Assembly: GCF_006345805.1 (NCBI RefSeq)
Contig: NW_021833015.1
Location: forward strand, 1 to 64,000
Direction of reading: 5' to 3'
Length of the DNA: 64,000 nt
Source: Octopus sinensis
Taxonomy: Eukaryota
The position numbers and the translations under genes were made by a program. Positions 24,355 to 36,690 of this stretch are shown piece by piece. Every line of letters begins with the position of its first letter. Position 1 is the first letter of the stretch. The notes beneath the pieces were generated by a model. That model was not told the origin of the DNA and did no database searches. It saw nothing but the letters and a program-made list of their open reading frames with translations.

Positions 24355-24790
24355 GTTAAGTTAATTTTTTGGCTCAAAAAGCAAAAAGCAAGGCCATGTA
24401 GGGGGACATGGAGTTATGTACAGGGAGGGTGTTCATGCAAAGAGTTCAGGCCACTTGTGGTCAAGGGAGACTTTGAACCGTGCGGTCGTCGGCATCTTCA
24501 CCATCTCGTCCGGCAGCTTATTCCACGGATCCGCAACCCGGACGGAGAAAGCCCCTTTCCTTCGATTGAGATGAAATCGTCACAGATAGAGCTTTTCGGA
24601 GTGACCCCGCAGCCGATGCTCTGGAGCAGGAGTGAAGAACAGCTCTTTCGAGAGGTTACACTTTCCGCTTATGATGTTGTGAGCAAGAATGACATCACCA
24701 CGGCGTCTGCGTTTTTCTAGAGAATAAAGGTCAAGCGTCTTCAGCCTTTCTTCATAAGACAAATGCTTGAGACCAAGAACCATGCACACG
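24355..24790 (-). mobile_element. Shorter 5'-truncated copy of the same CR1 family
   Basis: LKHLSYEERLKTLDLYSLEKRRRRGDVILAHNIISGKCNLSKELFF. The nucleotide sequence aligns with 55950-56360. Confidence 0.9.
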
Positions 24791-24799
24791 TGTGTGTGC

Positions 24800-25172
24800 T
24801 GAAGGCCATCTCCTCCTCACCCTGGTGGCGTTGCTGGCAACGGGTAGTGTCAGAGCCATGCCGTCAGGAACTTCAGTTCCTGGTAGGGCCACCCAAGGCG
24901 GATTGGTCTGACACCGAGTGGTATTAGGGCCACAACCCGGCAGACAGGGCTCTGGTGAAAATCCTCGAAGTGTCTGCTTCGGCAACCGGTGGCTCCTCGG
25001 TCGTTCTGTCCCTGCGTCTGCGGACAATCTGCGGCAAACAGGATGTCTCCACATGCGGGATTGTTGGGGACCGCTTGTGAAATCCACATGTTCCCACGAA
25101 ACTTCTTCCATGATTAGAAGAAGCTGATTCAACCCGTCCAGGGTGAATGTCGCCGCAAGTACAAGTAAGTAC
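24800..25172 (+). mobile_element. GC-rich, structured RTE-like fragment (5'-UTR-like part plus 3' end with AAGTAC tail)
   Basis: The CCTGGTAGGGCCACCCAAGGC segment resembles RTE/Rex3 5' UTRs from memory. Ends ...CCGTCCAGGGTGAATGTCGCCGCAAGTACAAGTAAGTAC, an RTE-like tail. Multiple hairpins. Confidence 0.5.
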
Positions 25173-26580
25173 TGCTGATAAACCTAGGACAGATGTGTTG
25201 CAATGAAATACAAGGCACGACCATTGTTACACCTGATTTAAGTGTAGGTTTGTAGTTGATAACTGAGAAAATGAAGAAGTTGAAAAAGACAAGAGCTGTT
25301 GCCTAACCAAGAAATGAAACTCCATCACAGCAAATTAGAGAAGAAAAACAGTCAAGATTTTCATGTTAAGCTTTTAAAAAAAGTATTGTAAAGTGCTTTT
25401 GTCAGTCCTAACACATTGCAATTACAGTGTGTGTGTGTGTGTTTTCAGTGGTTCCTTTCTTTGCCAGAGAAAATGCCAACTTTTCAAGATTACTGCTTGA
25501 CACCATCCTCATCATTTGATGTCCATGATCCATGCTGGCATGGGTTGAACATTTTGACAGGATCCAATGGATCCAAGGACATCACACTCAACTGTCTGCT
25601 TGACACCATCCTCATCATTTGATGTCCATGATCCATGCTGGCATGGGTTGAACATTTTGACAGAATCCGATAGATCCAAGGACTGCATCACACTCAACTG
25701 TCTGCTTTGGCGTGGTTTCTACAGATGGATGCTCTTCCTAATGCCAACCACTGAGTGCATTGCTTTATTTTTTTTTCATTTTTGATACCCCACCAGCCTT
25801 ACAGATCACCACACAGCTCACAAGACCATGAACCAAAACGGAGTAGCTACCAGCTTTATACTAAGCGGTAGACCACAAACGAAATGGTTGTATACATCCA
25901 AAGCCTCAGTTTTGTCACTCTTCAGAATCCAGCCAGAAAATCTAATACTCTTTACTCTTTTACTTGTTTCAGTCATTTGACTGCGGCCATGCTGGAGCAC
26001 CGCCTTTAATCGAGCAACTCGACCCCGGGACTTATTCTTTGTAAGCCCAGTACTTATTCTCTATCGGTCTCTTTTGCCGAACCGCTAAGTAACAGGGACA
26101 TAAACACATCAGCATCGGTTGTCAAGCAATGCTAGGGGGACAAACACAGAGACACAAACATATACGCATACATATATATATATACATACATATATACGAC
26201 GGGCTTCTTTTAGTTTCCGTCTACCAAATCCACTCACAAGGCTTTGGTCGGCCCGAGGCTATAGTAGAAGACACTTGCCCAACGCGCCACGCAGTGGGAC
26301 TGAACCCGGAACCATGTGGTTGGTAAGCAAGCTACTTACCATGCAGCCACTCCTGCGCCTATGGTTGTTCTTATAAAACACTTCATAAAAAATGTCTGAG
26401 GACTCTACCTTCCCAGGAATAGGGAGCAGGGACGAAAGAATGAAAAGAATTAACAACAAAACCATACCTGTGTTTATCAAGATACCATTTTTGCCACCCA
26501 TTTTCCCCCATTTATTTCTCCTCCTCTCCACAGTGTTCCATCCATGCCATGCTAGACTAGCTCCCCCATCATAGGCTATT

Positions 26581-27232
26581 GGCGCAATGGCCCAGTGGTT
26601 AGGGCAGCGGACTCGCGGTCATAGGATCGCGGTTTCGATTCCCAGACCGGGCGTTGTGAGTCTTTATTGAGCGAAAACACCTAAAAGCTCCACGAGGCTC
26701 CGGCAGGGGATGGTGGTGATCCCTGCTGTACTCTTTCACCACAACTTTCTCTCACTCTTACTTCCTGTTTCTGTTGTACCTGTATTTCAAGGGGCCGGCC
26801 TTGTCACTCTCTGTGTCACGCTGAATATCCCCGAGAACTACGTTAAGGGTACACGTGTCTGTGGAGTGCTCAGCCACTTACACGTTAATTTCACGAGCAG
26901 GCTGTTCCATTGATTCGGATCAACCGGAACCCTCGTCGTCGTAACCGAGTGAGTGCTTCCATCCGAGGCTCGGGCAGGGGATTGTGATGATCCCTGCTGT
27001 ACTCTTTCACCACAACTTTCTCTCACTCTTACTTCCTGTTTCTGTTGTACCTGTATTTCAAGGGGCCAGGCTTCTCACTTTCTGTGTCACACTGAATATC
27101 CCCGAGAACTACATTAAGGGTGTACGTGTCTGTGGAGTGTTCAGCCACTTACACATTAATTTCACGAGCAGGCTGTTCCGTTGATTCGGATCAACCGGAA
27201 CCCTTGTCGTCGTAACCGACGGAGTGCTTCCA
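26581..27232 (+). mobile_element. Same tRNA-headed SINE, tail type 2, with a tandem duplication of its 3' ~270 bp
   Basis: Head almost identical to 22060. The second unit restarts at GAGGCTC at about 26965. Confidence 0.8.
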
Positions 27233-27595
27233 CCTTATGCTATGCTTACATCATCCATTGTAAAATAAGTAACAACAGTGTCAATGGCACCAGATTAAAT
27301 GGTATGAAAATGGTATGAGAATTAGTACTTCTTTCTTCGTATCTCTTTCTGTTTCCCCTCCACTGTTTTGTTTTAAGAGTAATTTCGGTACATTTCAAGC
27401 TATTCAGCAAATAAAGATATAAAATTGAAAAGAAAAAAAAAAAATCACAAAGAAAAGAAAAAAAAAATACATATATATATATATACTACAGACAGACAGA
27501 CAAACATCACAATTTCAAATTTTACTGAAAGCAAAGCATAAATTGCAAATAAAAAGATTGCGAAAACTGTGAGAGTGATAGAATGAGAATGTATG

Positions 27596-27635
<40 letters not shown>

Positions 27636-28169
27636 TGTGAGTGTGTGTGTGTGTGTAACAGAGTGTGTGTATGCGTGTAAGAGAGTATGTGTATGTGAGA
27701 AAGAAATGGGGGGGCTATAAAGAAGGAAAGAGACAGACAGGGAGAGAGTTAAGGATATAGAGGCAAAGAGAAAGGTAAGGAGAGAGAGAGAGAGAGGGGA
27801 GAGAAAGGACAGAAATAAGGGAGATAATCAAAGAATAGTAAAGCACAGTAAAAACAAAAGATGGCACCACCATCTCCAGCCATTGGCTGCTGTGGAGGCG
27901 ATTATCTGGTGAGAATGGTTGAGCGGACCAACGTGACTGTGCAAGCAAATTATTTTAGATAAAGAGAAACACTGACGAGAGGTGCATAGCAGAATATTGT
28001 GGGTTGCGTATGCAACTACACATACTCTGAGCAGCAGAAACACGTGTAGGTCATTTTATCTAATTATGCAGTATAATTAACAGTTGCAGTAAAAGACATA
28101 CCGGTCTCTGTATTCATTGTTATTGTCTTGGATTTATACTCTTGTATGTATGTGTGTGTGTGTATGCCT

Positions 28170-28390
28170 GGACATTTGCAAATCCAACGGAAGCCTCAGA
28201 AAGACATGTTAAGATCCACAAAGAGCAGAACTTATCAACAAGTATCGGTGGTCCAAATCGGATGTGCAATCTGTGTGGGTGTCCTTTCAGAACATTGCCT
28301 GGTTTAAAAAGCCACATCAAACGCCAATGGTGCTACGGTGTAGGTACAGGAGGTGGTCAAACTCTGTATAAGGAGTAGACAACCACTTGG
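28170..28390 (+). mobile_element. LINE (RTE-like) C-terminal zinc-finger fragment
   Basis: RHVKIHKEQ...MCNLCGCPFRTLPGLKSHIK followed by a stop and a short tail. Confidence 0.6.
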
Positions 28391-28632
28391 CACCTGTGCC
28401 GGTGGCACGTAAAAAGCACCCACTACACTCTCGGAGTGGTTGGTGTTAGGAAGGGCATCCAGCCATAGAAACACTGCCAGATCAGACTGGAGCCTGGTGC
28501 AGCCTTCTGGCTTCCCAGATCCCCGGTCAAACTGTCCAACCCATGCCAACATGGAAAGCGGACGTTAAACGATGATGATGTGTGTGTGTATGTGTGTGTG
28601 TATATAGGGTGTGTATGCATGTATGTATGTAT

Positions 28633-28677
<45 letters not shown>

Positions 28678-29399
28678 AATACATTGTGTGTGTGTGTGTA
28701 TCCTGAGAGTATATATTGGTTATTGGTGAGGGTGTTGCACTCATGATTCCAAGATTGTGGCTTTTCATTCCCAAACTGGGCAATGCACTGCTGTGTTCTT
28801 GAGCAAAACCCTTCATTTCATGATCCTCTGCGACCGCTTCAATGTCTGATGTGGGGCACACTGTGCACCAGTAGATGGAATGGCGATCTGATGCAGGGAG
28901 TGAGCTAACGGGCAGCAAGAACTTGTGGAAGCCTCATCTGTCATCTGTGACGGAAGAGTCCACGTACCTGTGTGTGTGTGGGTGCATGCGCATATGTATG
29001 CATGCATGTGTACTTTGTTATGTGTTGGCTTGTAACTCCTGATGGAATCCTAAGGGCTCTATTGTGACCTGCTGCATGGTTTAGGAACATCTCTAAACCT
29101 GGCCAAGTCAAACTTTCCAATTCTGATCACCACAGCCAATTTTTGAGAGATGGAAGAGGAGGGAGAGACAGAGGAGGTAAGGAGGAGGAGAGAGAAAGAG
29201 AGAGAGAGACCAGGCCCCAATACATGACTGGTACTTTATTGGCCTTGAAGGATTGAAAGACAAAAACTGATTTCAGCATAATATGAGCTCAGAAGGCAGA
29301 GAAGAGGAACAAATACCACAAGGCACTCTACCCAATTCTATAATGACTCAGCCAATTCAGCTGCATGCGCATGTGTCTGTGTCTGTGTGTGTGTATTTT

Positions 29400-29530
29400 T
29401 CGGCCTTATGTCTCTGAAGATGATCAGATTAGCGTTAAACTCTTTGTGGGTTTTGAGGTGACTCATGAGGCCAATGCTGGCATAAAATCCACAGTTGCAA
29501 TGGGACAGTGGGGACATGTAACAGCAGAAG
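29400..29530 (-). mobile_element. RTE-like C-terminal zinc-finger fragment (frameshifted)
   Basis: The minus strand reads CP(I)-CNCGFYASIGLMSHLKTHKE, similar to the RTE CxxC...IGLxSHLRTH motif. Confidence 0.55.
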
Positions 29531-29544
29531 CAAGACTTTGTACA

Positions 29545-30412
29545 ATTATTATTTCTTTACTGCCCACAAGGGGCTACACACACCTGGGACGACCAAGGAC
29601 AGACAAACGGATTAAGTCGATTATATCGACTGGTACTTATTTAATCAACCCCGAAAGGATGAAAGGCAAAGTCGTCCTCGGCAAAATTTGAACTCAGAAC
29701 GTAGCGGCAGGCGAAATACCGCTATTTCGCCCGGCGTGCTAACGTTTCTTATTTCTTTACTGCCCACAAGGGGCTAAACACAGAGGGGGCAAACAAGGAC
29801 AGACAAACAGATTAAGTCAATTATATCAACCCCAGTGCGTAACTGGTACTTATTTAATCGACCCTGAAAGGATGAAAGGCAAAGTCGACCTCGGCAAAAT
29901 TTGAACTCAGAATGTAGCGGCAGGCGAAATACCTCAAACTATTTTGCCCGGCGCGCTAACGTTTCTTATTTCTTTATTGCCCACAAGGGGCTAAACACAG
30001 AGGGGACAAACAAGGACAGACAAACAGATTAAGTCGATTATATCAACCCCAGTGCGTAAGTGGTACTTAATTTATCGACCCCGAAAGGATGAAAGGCAAA
30101 GTCGACCCTGGCGGAATTTGAACTCACAACGTAGCGGCAGACGAAATACCGCTAAGCATTTCGTCCCGTATGCTAACGTTTCTTATTTCTTTACTGCCCA
30201 CAAGGGGCTACACACAGAGGGGACGAACAAGGACAGACAAAAGGATTAAGTCGATTATATCGACCCCAGTGCGTAAGTGGTACTTAATTATCGACCCCGA
30301 AAGGATGAAAGGCAAAGTCGACCTCGGTGGAATTTGAACTCAGAACGTAACGGCAGACGAAATACCACTAAGCATTTCGCCCGAAGTGCTAACGTTTCTG
30401 CCAGTTCGCCAC
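29545..30412 (-). mobile_element. Tetramer of the Deu/Nin-like SINE (204-217-bp units)
   Basis: Tails at about 29546, 29750, 29966 and 30183; a single complete head at about 30410. Confidence 0.85.
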
Positions 30413-30599
30413 CTTTGTACAATTCTTGCTTTCTGAGCAACCGTCCTCTCTTGAGTTCCTCTGCTCATTTCTGTTTCAAAGTGTTGTACACCGGAGTATG
30501 TTGCACTATACTACAGTGAGCAGTGAGAGAGGGAGAGAGACGGATGGATATAGAAAACAACAGAGAGGATAGAGAGGCTGATGGAGAAATGTAAAGATT

Positions 30600-30644
<45 letters not shown>

Positions 30645-30975
30645 TGGGTGGGAATGAAAAGAAAGAGAAACTGAGGGGATGGTTCCCTGCTTCTAATTCA
30701 CCTTTGGTTATCTCAGAAGTAATTACCTGGTGTGGCCTGGTTGAGCGGACGACAGGACTGTGCAGGTAAGTAGATAGGTAGGTAGGTAGGTAGGGTTAAG
30801 AATTTTGTTTTGTTTTGTTTTGTTTTTCGCATTGTTTTTTTTTGATTTTTTTTAAAGAGAAAAAGGAAGAAGAGAAAGATGAAGATGATGAAGAAGAAGA
30901 CGATGACGAAGAAGATGATGAAGAAGAAGATGATGATGATGATGATGATATGGGGGATCAAGCGAAGCAGCTTAC

Positions 30976-31141
30976 GTGACATACTGGTTGCTGCTGTTGT
31001 TGTTGTTGTTGTTGTTGGTGGTTGGCTGAGAATAAGGGGGGGATATGGGATCGTACCCATTTAATCCACGCTGCTTTACCAAGTTGACTTCATCCTCGAC
31101 TTTCTCGCGCTGCTTCTTTGACATCCGACCAAATTTCACCG
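30976..31141 (-). CDS. HR3: Nuclear receptor HR3 exon encoding the T/A-box and start of the hinge (about 166 nt, phase 1 to phase 2)
   Basis: Acceptor ttgctttcag at 31142. The leading CG completes G|CG (Ala) from the upstream exon, giving AVKFGRMSKKQREKVEDEV, which is diagnostic of HR3. Continues NLVKQRGLNGYDPISPPYSQPTTNNNNNNNSSNQYV. Donor GTAAGC at 30975. The 3' boundary is less certain because there is an alternative donor at 30984. Confidence 0.88.
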
Positions 31142-31404
31142 CTGAAAGCAACAACATTAGAAAAAAAACTTGCCCAGTCTGCTCAGCTAATTCTTCAGTA
31201 TTTATATATATTTATATATATTATTATTATTGTTAATAGTTAAAAAAAAAAAAAAAAATAAAATAATAGTAATAATAATGATGATGTTGATGATGATGAT
31301 GATGATGATAACACTGGCAAAAAGCCTCCTATTTCTGGAAAGTAATGGGTTGATTCCAACAAAACAGAGCTTCCAGTAAAATACTAGGAATATAATATCT
31401 AAAT

Positions 31405-33945
31405 CAGAGGTTCTCAACCTGGGCCCATATGGGCCCCTGAGGATCTATAGAGATTTTGGGGAGTCCACGCAACAAAATAGTAAATTGGGGATCAAAAACA
31501 GTATTTTAAGGGTCCCTAAGAAAATTTTGCTTTAGAGGATCTATAGAGATTTTGGGGATCAAAAATAGTATTTTAAGGAGCCTTAAAAAAATTTTGCTTC
31601 AGAGAGGAACACAATATCTAAATCAGAGGTTCTCAACCTGGGCCCATATGGGCCCTGAGGATCTATGGAGATTTTGGGGAGCCCACGCAACAAAATAGTA
31701 ATTGGGGATCAAAAATAGTATTTTAAGGGGCCTTAAAAAAATTTTGCTTCAGAGAGGAACACAATATCTAAATCAGAGGTTCGCAACCTGGGCCCATATA
31801 GGCCCCTGAGGATCTATAGAGATTTGGGGGAGTCCACACAACAAAATAGTAAATTGGGGATCAAAAATAGTATTTTAAGGAGCCTTAAAAAAATTTTGCT
31901 TTAGAGGATCTATAGAGATTTGGGGGAGTCCACGCAACAAAATAGTAAATTGGGGATCAAAAATAGTATTTTAAGGGTCCTTAAAAAAATTTTGCTTTAG
32001 AGGATCTATAGAGATTTTAGGGAGTCCATGCAACAAAATAGTAAATTGGGGATCAAAAATAGAATTTTAAGGAGCCTTAAAAAAATTTTGCTTCAGAGAG
32101 GAACACAATATCTAAATCAGAGGTTCTCAACCTGGGCCCATATGGCCCCTGAGGATCTATGGAGATTTTGGGGAGCCCACGCAACAAAATAATAAATTGG
32201 GGATCAAAAATAGAATTTTAAAGAGCCTTAAAATAATTTTGCTTCAGAGAGGAACACAATATCTAAATCAGAGGTTCTTAACCTGGGCCCATATGGGCCC
32301 TGAGGATCTATAGAGATTTTGGGGAGTCCACTCAACAAAATAGTATATTGGGGATCAAAAATAGTATTTTAAGGAGCCTTAAAAAAATTTTACTTTAGAG
32401 GATCTATAGAGATTTTGGGGAGTTCACGCAACAAAATAGTAAATTGGGGATCAAAAATAGTATTTTAAGGAGCCTTAAAAAAATTTTGCTTTAGAAGATC
32501 TATAGAGATTTTGGGGAGTCCACACAACAAAATAGTAAATTGGGGATCAAAAATAGTATTTTAAGGAGCCTTAAAAAAATTTGCTTTAGAGGATCTATAG
32601 AGATTTTGGGGAGTCCGCGCAACAAAATAGTAAATTGGGGATCAAAAATAGTATTTTAAGGAGCCTTAAAAAAATTTTGCTTTAGAGGATCTATAGAGAT
32701 TTTGGGGAGTCCACGCAACAAAATAGTAAATTGGGGATCAAAAATAGTATTTTAAGGAGCCTTAAAAAAATTTTGCTTTAGAGGATCTATAGAGATTTTG
32801 GGGAGTCCACGCAACAAAATAGTAAATTGGAGATCAAAAATAGTATTTTAAGGAGCCTTAAAAAAATTTTGCTTCAGAGAGGAACACAATATCTAAATCA
32901 GAGGTTCTCAACCTGGGCTCATATGGCCCCTGAGGATCTATAGAGATTTTGGGGAGTCCACGCAACAAAATAGTATATTGGGGATCAAAAATAGTATTTT
33001 AAGGAGCCTTAAAAAAATTTTGCTTTAGAGGATCTATAGAGATTTTGGGGAGTCCACGCAACAAAATAGTAAACTGGGGATCAAAAATAGTATTTTAAGG
33101 AGCCTTAAAAAAATTTTGCTTCAAAGAGGAACACAATATCTAAATCAGAGGTTCTTAACCTGGGCCCATATGGCCCCTGAGGATCTATAGAGATTTTGGG
33201 GAGCCCACGCAACAAAATAGTAAATTGGGGATCAAAAATAGAATTTTAAGGGTCCTTAAAAACATTTTGCTTTAGAGGATCTATAGAGATTTTGGGGAGT
33301 CCACACAACAAAATAGTAAATTGGGGATCAAAAATAGTATTTTAAGGAGCCTTAAAAAAATTTTGCTTCAGAGGATCTATAGAGATTTTGGGGAGTCCAC
33401 GCAACAAAATAGTAAATGGGGATCAAAAATAGTATTTTAAGGGTCCCTAAAAAAATTTTGCTTTAGAGGATCTATAGAGATTTTGGGGAGTCCACGCAGC
33501 AAAATAGTAAATTGGGGATCAAAAATAGTATTTTAAGGGGCCTTAAAAAAATTTTGCTTTAGAGGATCTATAGAGATTTTGGGGAGTCCACGCAACAAAA
33601 TAGTAAATTGGGGATCAAAAATAGTATTTTAAGGGTCCCTAAAAAATTTTGCTTTAGAGGATCTATAGAGATTTTGGGGAGTCCACGCAGCAAAATAGTA
33701 AATTGGGGATCAAAAATAGTATTTTAAGGAGCCTTAAAAAAATTTTGCTTTAGAGGATCTATAGAGATTTTGGGGAGTCCATGCAACAAAATAGTAAATT
33801 GGGGATCAAAAATAGCATTTTAAGGGGCCTTAAAAAAATTTTGCTTTAGAGGATCTATAGAGATTTTGGGGAGTCCACGCAACAAAATAGTAAATTGGGG
33901 ATCAAAAATAGTATTTTAAGGGTCCCTAAAAAAATTTTGCTTTAG
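31405..33945 (+). repeat. Minisatellite (about 23 units of 96 bp, with interspersed ~151-bp long units) derived from the left end of a hAT-like MITE
   Basis: Begins CAGAGGTTCTCAACCTGGGCCC, a hAT-type terminus. Unit GAGGATCTATAGAGATTTTGGGGAGTCCACGCAACAAAATAG...GCTTTA with a 96-bp period (for example 33275 to 33371). Confidence 0.85.
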
Positions 33946-34624
33946 ATGTATGTATTGATGTAAATTGCAAGAAACAGCTAGGTTTCTTTCTCTGAAAAAT
34001 GAAATAGGAATTTTGAGTTGCAAGGCCAAATATTTCGTGTTTGCAACCACATGGTCTCCAGTTCAGCCTCACCACAACAGCACCTTGCACAAGTGTTTTC
34101 TACTACAGCCCTGGACCAACCAATGCCTTATGCGTGAATCTGGTAGATGGAAACTGTGCAGAAACTCATTGTGCGTGTTGTGTCAGTAACCCATCACTGT
34201 TTCACAACAGGTGCTGATATGTTTACATCCCTGTAACTTAGCAGTTCAGCAAAAGAGACCATCAGAGTAAGTACCCAGATTTAAAGATAATACTGGGATA
34301 GATTTGTGCAGCTAAATGCTTCAAGGTAGTGCCCCAGCATGACCTCAGTCCAATGACTGAAACAAGTAAAAGATAATATATATAAATATATTTCTTCGTT
34401 ATGTTTCACTTTCCTTCCGTTAAATGTAATGTTATTTCTACTTGGAAGCATCTTTTCTGTGGCTATACTAACGGAGCTATTTTTAGCACTAGAGCTATCC
34501 ACATAGTGGTAACTCTCTAATAATTTATGTATAAATTTGTATTATCTCCCTAGTTTTATGTGCTAAGCCACTTGGTGTTAAATTAATGGTATTATTAAAT
34601 TAATATCAATTTTTCACCCTCATT

Positions 34625-34658
<34 letters not shown>

Positions 34659-35995
34659 CTCTTTACTCTTTTACTTGTTTCAGTCATTTGACTGCGGCCA
34701 TGCTGGAGCACTGCCTTTAGTCGAGCAAATCGACCCCGGGACTTATTCTCCGCAAGCCCAGTACTTGTTCTATCGGTCTTCTTTGCCGAACCGCTAAGTG
34801 ACGGGGACGTAAACACACCAAGCAATGCTAGGGGGACAAACACACACACATACACACATATATATATACATATATATGACAGGCTTCTTTCAGTTTCCGT
34901 CTACCAAATCCACTCACAAGGCATTGGTCGGCCCGGGGCTATAGCAGAAGACACTTGCCCAAGATGCCACGCAGTGGGACTGAACCCGGAACCATGTGGT
35001 TGGTTAGCAAGCTACTTACCACACGCACACTTCCCCATAAAAGGAATATAAAGGGCTAAAGTTGTTTGAACCAAGGATTTGAACTCAGAATGGATGCTCT
35101 ACTGACTTTGCTAATCCAAAAAACTTGATTTACATTTTCTTATATTTTCAAATCATCAACAGTATTATTATTATCATTATTATTATTATTTTTCTTTTTA
35201 AGGGGGGAGGGTTGCAATAGAGGAGTCAAACATCCTAATATGGCATAGACATAAAGCCACAAAGCTACAGAAACATTCAAGGCAAAAAAACAAAAATTGG
35301 ACAATATGAAAATGTATGTATGTATGTATATATCTATGCACATACGTATGTGTGGGCATATGCATGCGTTTCTGAAAATACATACCCACATACACACACA
35401 CATATATATATATAGCATAGCAATATCTGTCCAATCCATGCCGGCATGGATGGTGGACATTAAATGATGATATATACATGTATGTGTGTGAGCACACACA
35501 CACATTTGTATATAGATACACATTGAAACACACTGATATAATATGGTACATATATTCACATACATGTATGTATGTGTGTGTGTGTGTGTGTATATATAAA
35601 TATATAACTATATACATGCTTATACATAGGATACATACATACGTACATATGCATATATGCATACATATGTACACATAATAAAAAAAAAAAACTTAAAGAA
35701 AATACAAGTGACCATGTTCTTTTCATGTAAGAAGCCACACAGACAGAATTTTAAAAAATGACAAAATCTCAGAACTATACTTACCTGCCTGGTTTGTAAG
35801 TGTATGTGTATGTGCATGCACACCTGTATGTGTGTGTTTGCTCGTTTGCTGGAAGCTAAAGTTTCATTCATACAGTTTCTGCTCTTGCGTTACTAATTAC
35901 CAACAACACCCAAGATAGTACTTCGGAATAAAGACAGTGCAACGCTTTGATTCAGCAACATACACACAGTGACATGTATTGAGTACTTTCTTATC

Positions 35996-36032
<37 letters not shown>

Positions 36033-36107
36033 GTATACATACGTACAACAAAACCCCACCTCCCAACAAAATGTATGAAACCATACAAAATATCCATTTA
36101 GCATTAA

Positions 36108-36324
36108 CCCTTTTGCCATGCAGATTATTCTGTCAAATGTAATATTTATTTACTCACAATGTTTTGAATTAATCATGCATTATCTCATAGCTTTGAAATT
36201 TTGATGTGATTGTATATTTTAGAATGGAATTTTGAGGTGGGTGCAAGAGGCCAGATATGGCCAATTTGAAAATAAAACTAGTTGAATATTTGAGCCTGAT
36301 ATGGCAGATTTGAATCCTAAATGG
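36108..36324. mobile_element. piggyBac-like MITE
   Basis: TTAA|CCCTTTTGC ... CCTAAATGG|TTAA: TTAA on both sides and short imperfect TIRs. Pieces of the same family at 55907-55930 and 56582-56709. Confidence 0.6.
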
Positions 36325-36499
36325 TTAAGGAATACAATTTGTCTGTTACCTATTACTAACGTGATTGGCAGTGTTGTCACTAACTCTCTGTTTGTCCTTC
36401 CCCACAGCTAAGGCACTATCACTAAGGAAATATTATCAGATCACTTGAGTAGAAATATACAAAAATTAACTGTCCACAAACGTGCGTGTATGTATTTAT

Positions 36500-36690
36500 A
36501 GAAGGCCAAGGAGTTGACTAAAACAATATGGGTAGATAATATCCATAGTCTCACTTGGTCATGCTTGGTAAGCCAGCCAGATAGTCTAATGATGACTGCT
36601 TCTGATAGGACCCCATGGAAGAGGTGCTGGAGGACTGCTCCAATAACCCTTCGAGGAATAATGGGCAGAGAAGATGGATGGACGGATCCA
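36500..36690 (+). mobile_element. LINE (RTE-like) 3' fragment; related short piece at about 13260-13350
   Basis: WVDNIHSLT...MTASDRTPWKRC resembles the RTE W.DNI...A.DR..W motif. Confidence 0.45.
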
